From NCBI GenBank assembly GCA_035686845.1, contig DASRZA010000252.1, forward strand, positions 2,101 through 66,100: a stretch of 64,000 nucleotides of DNA, in the 5' to 3' direction. Numbering within the stretch: position 1 is the stretch's first letter; every line of letters starts with the position of its first letter. A program made the position numbers and the translations under genes. The notes beneath the pieces are model-generated. The model was not told where the DNA came from and did not search any database. It saw nothing but the letters and a program-made list of their open reading frames with translations. Of the stretch, positions 1 through 8,314 are shown piece by piece. Source of the DNA: Armatimonadota bacterium (GTDB lineage Bacteria > Armatimonadota > DASRZA01).

Positions 1-52
1 TTACCGCCAGGGTCAGGTGCGTAATTGAGCGTCTTAATAATTGGCCGTGCAT
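1..52 (-). CDS. partial CDS (N-terminus only, MHGQLLRRSITHLTLAV...), hypothetical
   Basis: ATG at 50-52 on the minus strand, preceded by a strong SD AAAGGAGGA (plus 56-64). The frame stays open to the window edge. Confidence 0.3.
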   Translation of the reverse strand, partial: MHGQLLRRSITHLTLAV

Positions 53-107
53 TACTTCCTCCTTTAATCGTTTTCTGACTTATTTCGAGAGTATGGTTGC
101 CCGTTCC

Positions 108-524
108 TCAGGTGGGGCAGGTGTTATCCACGGTTACAGTGGTTGATCCGCTGCCCGACGCGCTCCCGGGGCTTCCATCACAACTGCTCGTATAGTTGAC
201 TGTGCAGCTATCAGAAACGGGGTACGTATCGCCGGTTACCGCCGTTCCCGGGATGCTGAATAAGACGACGACGCCGTTGCCGTCAGCCCAGGTAAAGGTC
301 ATATTCTCGGCCGTGCACTCGCCGTTGGCGTCTGGTGTGCCTGACACTGCAGCGTTGAACACTACGGGGACCGTCTGCCCCGCCGGTCCGGTTGTTGGAG
401 TCCCGGTCACGGTGACGCTGATCGCGGCCTGCGCTGCGCCGGCGGCATAGAGCGCCGCCGCGCAAATCATGATAATACTCAAGAGGAACCTTGTCCGACT
501 ACGCATGGTACCGATCCTTTCCAT
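108..524 (-). CDS. small secreted Thr/Gly/Ser-rich protein, hypothetical
   Basis: 138-aa ORF with a clear N-terminal signal peptide (LLSIIMICAAALYAAGAAQA) and several Cys. No recognisable domain. Confidence 0.45.
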   Translation of the reverse strand: MERIGTMRSRTRFLLSIIMICAAALYAAGAAQAAISVTVTGTPTTGPAGQTVPVVFNAAVSGTPDANGECTAENMTFTWADGNGVVVLFSIPGTAVTGDTYPVSDSCTVNYTSSCDGSPGSASGSGSTTVTVDNTCPT

Positions 525-591
525 CCCAACAATCGGGGCGATATTGCCCGATTACGAACGCTGGTGCGACGCAAACCTGGCGCCGCGAACT

Positions 592-1002
592 TTAATACTG
601 CTGCCCCTCCATCTGGGGGTTGTTGGCGAGAAGCCGCTGGTGGCCCTGGAGCATGGCGCTTTCAAATTGCTGCCGGTCAACCGCGTCCCACAGATCAAGC
701 TGCCAGCGCCAGTTGGCCTGCAGCCCGATAGTTCCACCGTCCGCCACTGCTGCGCGGTAGCAGAACAGTCCGTACGCCGGCCTGAGTCCGACGGCGGCCT
801 CGCGATCCCACTCTCCCTCCAACAGGAACCATAAAAGCCGAGCCGCGTGGATTGCGGTTGCGCGGGCGGCGGGCGAGGCCCCGGGTCCGGGCGCTGCGGC
901 CTCTTTGACTGATCCAGCGCCGGTGTCCAGAGGGACCCCGCCGCCGGCCGCGGAGGGATACGGCTTATCCGGCAGCGGCGGATCGTATATGTCGCCTCCC
1001 AT
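592..1002 (-). CDS. hypothetical protein
   Basis: 136-aa ORF whose ATG (1000-1002) abuts the TAG (1003-1005) of the upstream gene, i.e. an arrangement typical of translational coupling. Gly/Ala/Pro-rich N-terminus. No known motif. Confidence 0.3.
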   Translation of the reverse strand: MGGDIYDPPLPDKPYPSAAGGGVPLDTGAGSVKEAAAPGPGASPAARATAIHAARLLWFLLEGEWDREAAVGLRPAYGLFCYRAAVADGGTIGLQANWRWQLDLWDAVDRQQFESAMLQGHQRLLANNPQMEGQQY

Positions 1003-2685
1003 CTATGCCAGAGGATAGTTCTCGAACCGGGTAGGCGGGCCGAAGAGCTTATCGAGCATGACCCCGGAGACGATGGTGTTATGGCTGTTGTTTCGGCAGA
1101 TTCGGATCGCGAATCTGCCCGGCCCCTTTAGGGCGAACTGTTTGTAGACACCGCCCCAAAAATCGCGCACCCTGGCTTTCGCAAGAGTCGGACCCCGCTC
1201 GGAATCCTCCGGTCGATCGGCGTACGGCTTCACTTCTATGAGATAGTCGCGACACCGATTCACCCCGTCGTGTCCGTCTTTGTTTACGAAATAGAGGCTG
1301 ACACGCTGGACTCCGGCAGGCACGTCTACGGCGATCCAGACGTCGGGACCGTCCATAGTTCTCGGATAGGTCTCGCCGTGATCGTCCCACTCAGATTCCC
1401 GGCGATACCCGCAGATCGGATCGTACATCACCCGCGGCTGGTCGGTCCTGACCCAATGTACAAAATGCCGGAGACTGTCCCCCGGACGGTGTCGAGGCCC
1501 GAGCTGGCCCGTGATCTTGAACGTGGGATCCGAGACGAACGTGTGATCAATGGGAGACCGGGCGGCGCACATCACGGCGGCGCGGCGCCCGTACCGGCCG
1601 TACCAATCTCCACCGGTATCCCAATCGTCGCGCAGAAAAGCTGCCAGCAGTGGCGCCGCAGGGCAAGCCAGGACGCGCGAGGCAAAACGCTGGAGATCCG
1701 CGGCGGTAGGGGGCGCCGCCGGGCCCGGAAGTCGAACCGGCTTCGCCGCGGCTGCGCCGCCGCGGGCCCACCCGGCCGGCTCCTGTGGCGGCTGAATCTG
1801 AACCAGTCCGCCGCCATAGGATCCCTCCAACGCATACCCGCCGCTGATCGGAAGGATCGCTGTCGCATCTCCATCCCGACCAATCATGACCCGCTGCCCG
1901 GTGTGTGGATCGACGACCTCGTAATCCTTTTCGCGATAACCGATCCAGATTCGGCCCGCGCTGTCTTCCGCCAGCGTGGTTACGTAATCCTCCCGCAGAA
2001 TGTGGTATCCCGTCGCAGCGGTGACGGCCTGTGGCGTGTTTCCACCGCCGGCGGCTTTTGCGGCCCAGTCGGCGCCGCGAAGATACCGCCACGACTTGCC
2101 TCCGTCCTCGCTGCGCGCCAGCCCGCAGGTGGTCCCGGCGTAAACCGTTCCGTTGCGGCCAACGAGCAGGGCGTTGATCAGATCGGTTGGCAGGCCGGCG
2201 CCACCGGCCCTGGCAGCGGGATGATCAGGTCCGGTGATGACCCGCCAGGTTTTATAGCTGTTGACCGCTGATCCGATGGCGATTCCATCGCACTGCGTCC
2301 CGACGTAAAGTGTGCCCCCTCGATCGAACGCGAGCGCATCGGCTTGATCTGAGGGCAGGCCGTCGGCGCGAGTGAAATAGGTCCACCGATCATCGTGGAC
2401 AGAATAGCGGGTCAGCCCGACGTCGGTGGCAATCCAGACGCTGCCGTCCATCGGACTTACGGCCATCGCGAACACGCGAGAACCAATCGGACCGGCCAGA
2501 GTTCCGTAGTTCTGCCACCGCTGACCGTTAAATACGGACACGCCGTGATTGAGGTGGCCTGCCCACCCGATCCATCGAATCGACGCAGAGGGCGTAGGCG
2601 TCATTGTCCCCAAGTCCGTCGTGGGTGGTAAAGTGGGTCCAGGCGTCTTTCTCATCGACCGCGGGGTCGTAGCGCCAGACGCCAT
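1003..2685 (-). CDS. BNR/Asp-box and two-component-regulator-propeller-like repeat protein (C-terminal main part of a frameshifted gene)
   Basis: Asp-box ARSEDGGKSWRY. Repeated WIGT/WIATDVGLTRY propeller-type motifs (hydrophobic-x-W-I-G/A-T ... GL..Y). No signal peptide in this frame. Confidence 0.55.
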   Translation of the reverse strand: MASGATTPRSMRKTPGPTLPPTTDLGTMTPTPSASIRWIGWAGHLNHGVSVFNGQRWQNYGTLAGPIGSRVFAMAVSPMDGSVWIATDVGLTRYSVHDDRWTYFTRADGLPSDQADALAFDRGGTLYVGTQCDGIAIGSAVNSYKTWRVITGPDHPAARAGGAGLPTDLINALLVGRNGTVYAGTTCGLARSEDGGKSWRYLRGADWAAKAAGGGNTPQAVTAATGYHILREDYVTTLAEDSAGRIWIGYREKDYEVVDPHTGQRVMIGRDGDATAILPISGGYALEGSYGGGLVQIQPPQEPAGWARGGAAAAKPVRLPGPAAPPTAADLQRFASRVLACPAAPLLAAFLRDDWDTGGDWYGRYGRRAAVMCAARSPIDHTFVSDPTFKITGQLGPRHRPGDSLRHFVHWVRTDQPRVMYDPICGYRRESEWDDHGETYPRTMDGPDVWIAVDVPAGVQRVSLYFVNKDGHDGVNRCRDYLIEVKPYADRPEDSERGPTLAKARVRDFWGGVYKQFALKGPGRFAIRICRNNSHNTIVSGVMLDKLFGPPTRFENYPLA

Positions 2686-2920
2686 CGTCCTCGGTACCCA
2701 CCCAGAGCCGGCCCTGGTGATCAGCGGCCAGGCTCATGACAAACTGCCCCTGCGCGGCCGCATTCCACGGAACCGGTACCGGGGGAAAAGATGTTGTGGG
2801 GCGCGCGGCCTTCGCCGCCATTGCGTGGCCCGCAGCCAGCGCCATCAGCGCCGCGGCCGCGATAGGCAACCGCAGCGTTCGCGAGGAGTAAGCAGAAGAT
2901 GAGAGCCGCCGTGCCACCAT
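2528..2920 (-). CDS. N-terminal fragment (signal peptide plus first propeller repeats) of the same BNR/propeller gene, in the +1 frame
   Basis: Signal peptide LPIAAAALMALAAGHAMAA. Repeats RLWVGTEDDGVWRYDP and THFTTHDGLGDNDAYAL. Overlaps 1003..2685 by ~150 nt in a different frame. Confidence 0.45.
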   Translation of the reverse strand: MVARRLSSSAYSSRTLRLPIAAAALMALAAGHAMAAKAARPTTSFPPVPVPWNAAAQGQFVMSLAADHQGRLWVGTEDDGVWRYDPAVDEKDAWTHFTTHDGLGDNDAYALCVDSMDRVGRPPQSRRVRI

Positions 2921-2953
2921 AAGCCGAACTCCGTTTCGGGCCGAATTGGTGGA

Positions 2954-2997
2954 GAGGCCCCGCCATCAGTGAGGCCCCGCCATCAGTGAGGCCCCGC
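2954..2997. repeat. 17-bp direct tandem repeat GAGGCCCCGCCATCAGT x2.6
   Basis: Exact copies at 2954-2970 and 2971-2987, partial copy at 2988-2997. Lies just upstream of the 2920 start of the minus-strand propeller gene. Confidence 0.6.
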
Positions 2998-3360
2998 AAA
3001 AGAATATAGCTTCTATTTCAACCTCTCGCGCAGGACTCCTCTATTTCCCTCGGCCGCGTCGTGGGCTCGGAACTCAATCCGATTCAAACCGGCGAAATGA
3101 CATACCCGCCTTGACACCAAAGCCCGGACACCAATGCGTGTTTCTTTGGAGATCCGTACGATATTCTACAGCGTTGTCATGAACCCTCGGCGCACCAGTC
3201 ATGAACCCTCCGCTTACCACGATTGCTGAAGACGTCGCCGCCTCGGTGACCAGGTTTGAGGGCGCAACAGTATGCTGCGGCGGCCCCATTTTCAGGAGGG
3301 CCGCTCAATGCTTGTCTCTTCTGAATCGTGCGCTCGCCCGGGACGCGGATGATAAACGCG

Positions 3361-3387
3361 CGAACCTTTTTGCATTTCATACGTTAC
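3361..3387 (+). promoter_or_regulatory. putative ECF-type promoter (GAAC-N16-CGTT) in front of the ECF sigma gene
   Basis: GAAC at 3362-3365 and CGTT at 3382-3385 with a 16-nt spacer. Position is ~75 nt upstream of the ATG at 3461, matching autoregulated ECF sigma promoters (AAC-N16-CGT). Confidence 0.35.
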
Positions 3388-3460
3388 ACCATTTTATAGG
3401 CCGCGTGAGTTCTTGAGCTTCACGAGCTCATGCGTTACGAGGGGGCCGGAGTGAGGACGA

Positions 3461-4060
3461 ATGGAACCGCTTTCGGAGGATGAAGAGGACATCCAGTTGA
3501 TGCTTCGGACGCGAGATGGGGACTTAGACGCGTTCTCCATCCTGTTTCACCGGCATCGGAAATGGGTGGAGCAGTTCCTGTACCGCCTCTTCTGGCGCCG
3601 GGAGAAGGCGGAAGATGGAACGCAAGAGGTGTTTATGCGGCTCTGGTCGGCACGCGCCGGTTATCGTCCATGCGCTCGTTTCACCACGTTTCTCTATCAG
3701 GTGGCGCGCAATTACTGGCGCGACGAAATGCGCAAGGCGCAGGTCCGGCCGGTTGAGGTGGATCTGGACGCCGGCGACGATAGCGGCGCCATCCGCCGGG
3801 AGCTTAGAGCGCCGTTCAGCGCCGAGCCACAAGAGCGTCTTTTCGAGAAGTACCGGCAGTGGCGAATCCGGCAGGCTATCTCGCGGCTTCCCGAACCATA
3901 CCGTATCGTCTTCGTGCTGGCGCATTTTGAAGACCGTCGGATTTCAGAGATCGCCGCCATTTTGGAAATCCCGGAGGGTACCGTCAAATCGCGGCTTCAT
4001 ACCGCCGCCCGCCGGCTGCGAGATTGGCTGATGTGCGAGGAGAAAACGGGGATGTGGTAA
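3461..4060 (+). CDS. RNA polymerase ECF-type sigma-70 factor
   Basis: Region 2 (DAFSILFHRHRKWVEQFLYRLF...AEDGTQEVFMRLW) and region 4 HTH (RIVFVLAHFEDRRISEIAAILEIPEGTVKSRLHTARRRL). Confidence 0.85.
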   Translation: MEPLSEDEEDIQLMLRTRDGDLDAFSILFHRHRKWVEQFLYRLFWRREKAEDGTQEVFMRLWSARAGYRPCARFTTFLYQVARNYWRDEMRKAQVRPVEVDLDAGDDSGAIRRELRAPFSAEPQERLFEKYRQWRIRQAISRLPEPYRIVFVLAHFEDRRISEIAAILEIPEGTVKSRLHTAARRLRDWLMCEEKTGMW

Positions 4061-4168
4061 GCGAAGGGTATGTCGCTACTATCAATCGATGATTCGCTTG
4101 GTCGGCGAACCATTCTTAGCGGGGCCGGCTTTCTTGTTCCGGCTGCGCCGCATTGAAGGGGGAGCAAA

Positions 4169-5533
4169 ATGAAATGTGATGAGGCGGCAGGTTTTCTGGT
4201 GGCGTACGCCCGGGGTGAACTCGAAGCGGCCACAAAAATCGATCTCGAGGAGCATCTTGGTCGCTGCGCAAACTGTGCACGGGAGCTGGAAGATTCGCGC
4301 CGTGTGCTGGCAATCACCCGGCTCGCGAACGATGAATCAACCATCAAACCGGCCTCCGAGATCATAATGGCCGCCGTCGAACGAGACGCCAGTGATATTC
4401 ACATCGAGGTGGATTATCGTGAAGGGGTTCGCGTCCGGCTGCGGGTTGATGGTGTTCTGCATGAGTTCCGTCCTCAGTATCCGCTGGAGAAGGAGCAGGG
4501 GAAACCACTGGTGGCGCGCTTTAAGCTCATGGCCGGCTGCAATGTCGATGAGAATCACGCGCCTCAGGAGGGCCGGATCCCGTTCCAGACGAAGGATGGC
4601 AGACGGTTTGACGTTCATATTTCATTCGCGCCGAATATCAACGGGGAAAGCGTGGTGATGCGGATCGTGGATCGGGTCAGCGTTCTTGTTGGGCTTGACC
4701 GCCTCGGCTTTCACCCCGAAGCCCTCGAACGCTTGCGTGCGGTCATCCGGCGGCCGACAGGATTGGTCGTCGTAACCGGTCCGACGGGGTCTGGCAAAAC
4801 GACGACGCTCTACTCGATCATTCAAGATGTCGCCGTTCCCGAGGTCAAGGCGCTCACGATCGAAGACCCGGTGGAATTCGATTTACCGGGCATCGTTCAG
4901 ATTGGTGTCGATGAGAAAGCGGGAATGACGATTCCGACCGCGCTCAGATCGGCGACGCGCCAGGATGCGGACATTATTATGGTGGGCGAAATCCGGGACG
5001 CTGAATCGCTGGCGATCTCGGTTGAGCTGGCGCTCTGGGGACACCTTGTGCTTATCTGCATGCACGCTCCCAACGCGCCTTATGCGCTCGGTCGATTGGA
5101 GGATATTGGCGTTGTGCCGATCGCTTTGGCATCCGCTGTGACGGGTGTTCTGGCGCAGCGGCTGGTGCGAACTATCTGCCCGGATTGCAAACAGCCCTAT
5201 GAACCGTCTGCCGCCGTTCTCGAGGCGCTGACGATCACGGCGCCAGGTGGCGTATTTTATCGCGGCGCCGGCTGCGCCTCATGCCGGCAGTCGGGGTTTA
5301 AGGGCCGCACCGGCGTCTTTGAGCTGCTGATTGTGGACGACGCGGTTAGAGAGCTTATCACGCGGCGCGCGGGTCTCCGGGAGATTCGGGCAGCCGCCAT
5401 CGCCGCCGGCATGTCAACGCTGCGCGAAGAAGCGACTCGACTCGTTCAAGAGGGTATCACCTCAGTTGAAGAGGCGGTTCGTCTCATTGCGGGAATCGGA
5501 TATCCGATGAGCGGCGGACCCGCGTTTGAGTAA
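4169..5533 (+). CDS. fusion protein: N-terminal zf-HC2 anti-sigma-factor zinc finger plus complete GspE/PilB-family secretion ATPase
   Basis: Residues ~1-55: H-x3-C-x2-C (EEHLGRCANCAREL) typical of zf-HC2 anti-sigma factors, immediately downstream of an ECF sigma gene. From ~residue 60: ASDIHIE...VRLRVDGVL, Walker A VVTGPTGSGKTTTLYS, Walker B LTIEDPVEF, Asp box RQDADIIMVGEIRD, His box GHLVLICMHAPN, tetra-Cys CPDC...CASC. SD GAAGGGGGAG 4 nt before the ATG. Confidence 0.75.
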   Translation: MKCDEAAGFLVAYARGELEAATKIDLEEHLGRCANCARELEDSRRVLAITRLANDESTIKPASEIIMAAVERDASDIHIEVDYREGVRVRLRVDGVLHEFRPQYPLEKEQGKPLVARFKLMAGCNVDENHAPQEGRIPFQTKDGRRFDVHISFAPNINGESVVMRIVDRVSVLVGLDRLGFHPEALERLRAVIRRPTGLVVVTGPTGSGKTTTLYSIIQDVAVPEVKALTIEDPVEFDLPGIVQIGVDEKAGMTIPTALRSATRQDADIIMVGEIRDAESLAISVELALWGHLVLICMHAPNAPYALGRLEDIGVVPIALASAVTGVLAQRLVRTICPDCKQPYEPSAAVLEALTITAPGGVFYRGAGCASCRQSGFKGRTGVFELLIVDDAVRELITRRAGLREIRAAAIAAGMSTLREEATRLVQEGITSVEEAVRLIAGIGYPMSGGPAFE

Positions 5534-5728
5534 GGAGACCCGGCGCGAGGCGCGGCCGTAGTGGCGCAGACCTCCGCGCCTGTCGAGTGCGCGGCGCGGG
5601 AGAGCGGGCGCTATTGACTCATCCTTCGTCGCGCTGACTACAAACTGTCGCTGCCGGGTATGCTTAGACCGGCACAACTGAACGCGCGGCTGTGACGGTC
5701 GCCGACGACGCCAGGACGGAGGAAAACC

Positions 5729-6169
5729 ATGCGGTCGAAGCTGATCAACACGGTTAATAGGGATGGACAGCGCACCTTTGCGCTCATTTTTGAGACGGGG
5801 GATGAAGTGCAGGAGGGGCTGATGCGGTTCGCCACGGAACAGCGGCTGACCGCCAGCCACTTCACGGCAATTGGCGCCTTCAGTGACGTTGTCCTCGGTT
5901 ATTTTGACTGGCAGACCAAAGAGTACAAGAAGATCCCCGTGCGCGAACAGGTGGAGGTCCTCTCACTCGTAGGCGATATCGCGTGCGAGAGCGGAAAGCC
6001 GAAGATTCACGCGCACGTGGTCGTAGGGAAGTCGGATGGCAGCACGCGAGGCGGCCACTTGATGGAGGGCCACGTGCGTCCCACTCTTGAGGTTATCTTA
6101 GAAGAATCGCCGGCGTACCTTCAGCGGGAGAAGGATCCGGAGAGCGGCCTCGCGCTTATCAAGATATGA
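5729..6169 (+). CDS. PPC/DUF296 domain protein (PD1-like predicted DNA-binding protein)
   Basis: Pattern F..G.E......F........A...AIG......LGYFD...KEY......E.LSL.GDI...GKP..HAH...G..DG...GGHL.......TLEV matches the PCC/DUF296 fold. SD GGAGG upstream. Confidence 0.55.
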   Translation: MRSKLINTVNRDGQRTFALIFETGDEVQEGLMRFATEQRLTASHFTAIGAFSDVVLGYFDWQTKEYKKIPVREQVEVLSLVGDIACESGKPKIHAHVVVGKSDGSTRGGHLMEGHVRPTLEVILEESPAYLQREKDPESGLALIKI

Positions 6170-6232
6170 TTGGGAAGCCCCGCCCTATGCGCAGTTCTCA
6201 GCAGGTAACATTCAACGAGCAGGGACTCTGAA

Positions 6233-7447
6233 ATGCCGAGAGACATCGAACGAATCGAGCGTATCCAGGAGACCCTCCGCTCCAACGAACTGGATGGGTT
6301 TATCTGCGCGCTGCCGGCGCACGTGCTAATGCTATCCGGGTACTGGCCGGTGATTGGCACGTCCATCGCGCTCGTTAGTGAGGCCGGGGAAATCGCGCTG
6401 GTCGTACCGGAGGACGAGGAAGCGCTGGCTCGATCGGGGTGGGCCGACCATATCTTTACCTTCCAGCCGGGATCCCTTCGCCGTATGATCTCAACGTCGG
6501 AGGCGGCGCAGGATTCGCTGGCGCGAGCTGCCCGTGCCCTTAGCATTGAGCGCGGTCGAGTTGGATGTGAAATGGGCGCCGCGTCCGAGCCTGCTTCGTA
6601 CGTGGGAATGTACCTGTACGGCGCAACAATGCCGGGTCTGCTCAATCGGGCGCTGCCAGGGTTAAAGTCGGTCCCGGCCGGGCCGCTGTTCGACTGCCTG
6701 GGAGCAGTCAAGACCGCCCCGGAGATTGAGCGCATCCGGACCGCTTGCCGGATCGCCGGGAGCGCCTTTTTAGAAGCCACTCGGAGCCTGCGTCCAGGAT
6801 TGAGCGAGACGGCGGCTGCGGCGCTCTTCCGGCTGCCGCTGAGTACCGATGACGTGGACATTATGGACCGCGCCGATGGCTTTGTTTTCTGTATGTCGGG
6901 CCGTAATGGCGCCGAGGCGTACGCGGCGTTCCAGCGATCCCGTGCCGGAAAGACGCTCGAGCTGGGTGAATTGGCTCTGGTTCATTGTAACTCTTACATG
7001 GACGGCTTCTGGACCGATGTCACTCGCACTTACTGCCTGGGAGCGCCCGACGATCGGCGCCAGCGGATGTACGAAGCCGTCTTTGACGCACGCGCCGCCG
7101 CGCTGGATGCGATACGGCCCGGAGCGCGGGCCTCGGAGGTTGATAAGGCGGCCAGAGATCTGCTGCAGGACCGGGGCTACGGAAGAGAGTTCAAGAACCC
7201 GACCGGACACGGTGTAGGATTCACCGCGATTGACCATAACGCGCCGCCGCGACTGCATCCTTGCTCGCCGGATACGCTCGAAGAAGGAATGGTATGCAAC
7301 GTGGAACCGGCGATTTATATCGAAGGATATGGCGGCCTTCGTCACTGCGACGTTGTGGTTGTGACACGTTCCGGCGCTGAGGCGCTGACCCCGTTCCAGG
7401 CTGACCTCGAGCAGTTGATCATAGACCCGGTGACCGGCGAACCCTAG
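6233..7447 (+). CDS. M24-family Xaa-Pro aminopeptidase/prolidase (creatinase-N plus M24 domains)
   Basis: C-terminal M24 metal-ligand region HGVGFTAIDHNAPPRL...NVEPAIYIEGYGGLRHCDVVVVT. N-terminal creatinase/prolidase-like domain. Confidence 0.75.
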   Translation: MPRDIERIERIQETLRSNELDGFICALPAHVLMLSGYWPVIGTSIALVSEAGEIALVVPEDEEALARSGWADHIFTFQPGSLRRMISTSEAAQDSLARAARALSIERGRVGCEMGAASEPASYVGMYLYGATMPGLLNRALPGLKSVPAGPLFDCLGAVKTAPEIERIRTACRIAGSAFLEATRSLRPGLSETAAAALFRLPLSTDDVDIMDRADGFVFCMSGRNGAEAYAAFQRSRAGKTLELGELALVHCNSYMDGFWTDVTRTYCLGAPDDRRQRMYEAVFDARAAALDAIRPGARASEVDKAARDLLQDRGYGREFKNPTGHGVGFTAIDHNAPPRLHPCSPDTLEEGMVCNVEPAIYIEGYGGLRHCDVVVVTRSGAEALTPFQADLEQLIIDPVTGEP

Positions 7448-7890
7448 TCTCCGCCCGGTTTTTTGCGTTTCGGCGCGGGCTGCGTTTCGCCGCCTTGAGG
7501 AAGGCTTTGGAGCAGTCGGGTCATTTCGGGCACGACGCGCCGTATTTCGTCGCGGTGCGCTTCCGTGAGCCGCTCCAACATCTCTTCGCCTCTGGGCGTC
7601 AGCGAAATGAATACCACCCGCTTATCATCCTTGCTGTGCTCCCGGTTAACCATCCCCTGGGTCACCAGCCGATCGACTAATCCAACGACACTGTGATGCC
7701 GTAGTTGGAGACGCTCGGCCAGCTCGCTGATATTGAGATAATCACGCCCTGGAAAACCCCGAATCGCGAGCATCGCCTGGTGCTGCTGCGGCGTTAAATT
7801 TACACTCAGCGCCGCCTGTTCACTGAAGCGCACAAACCGGCGCAGCGCATAGCGGAAAGCCGCAAGAGCCTCGTAATCTGATTTCTTCAT
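7444..7890 (-). CDS. MarR-family transcriptional regulator
   Basis: MarR wHTH LTPQQHQAMLAIRGFPGRDYLNISELAERLQLRHHSVVGLVDRLVTQGMVNREHSKDDKRVVFISLTPRGEEML. Start placed at the internal ATG 7888-7890 (149 aa). The longer ORF to 8229 has a non-homologous N-terminal extension. Its stop overlaps the M24 stop (CTAG). Confidence 0.7.
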   Translation of the reverse strand: MKKSDYEALAAFRYALRRFVRFSEQAALSVNLTPQQHQAMLAIRGFPGRDYLNISELAERLQLRHHSVVGLVDRLVTQGMVNREHSKDDKRVVFISLTPRGEEMLERLTEAHRDEIRRVVPEMTRLLQSLPQGGETQPAPKRKKPGGD

Positions 7891-8314
7891 GGAGGAATCC
7901 TGTTCGTCGTCAGTTGAGCGCCAGCTAATCGTGCACACGCCATACACAATTATATGACGATCGACAGAATATAGGCTCGCGGCGACATAGATCGACTCAT
8001 CCCATACCCCGCCGGCCGCGGCGGCGGCTCCGTCATTAAGGTGCGGGGGCTCCTTGAAACACGCGATCATTTGACTCTTCCGCTTCTTGATTATTATCGT
8101 GAAACGACCTATAATAAGATGGCGGAGCGTGTCCGCGACTCCGACAACCACTTGCTGCACCAGGGTCCGCGATCTATTGTGGTGAATGTCGCCGGAGTGA
8201 CGAATTTGGGGCAGACGCGACGCAAGCATGTTCGAGGCGTTTCATTGGTGAAGGACGGAAAACTATCAGAGTGAAAGTGTTCGTCGACGTTGTGCGAGGG
8301 ATCAGGATCGGATC

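Noticed and set aside
469-834. 121-aa plus-strand ORF
   Set aside because: Overlaps two minus-strand ORFs. No motif. Likely spurious.
1270-2271. 333-aa plus-strand ORF
   Set aside because: Lies entirely antisense to the BNR/propeller gene. Arg/Pro/Gly-rich composition is typical of spurious ORFs in high-GC DNA.
7891-8229. Long N-terminal extension of the MarR ORF (start at 8229)
   Set aside because: The extension has no MarR homology and odd composition. MarR proteins are ~150 aa. The internal ATG at 7888-7890 gives a canonical length.
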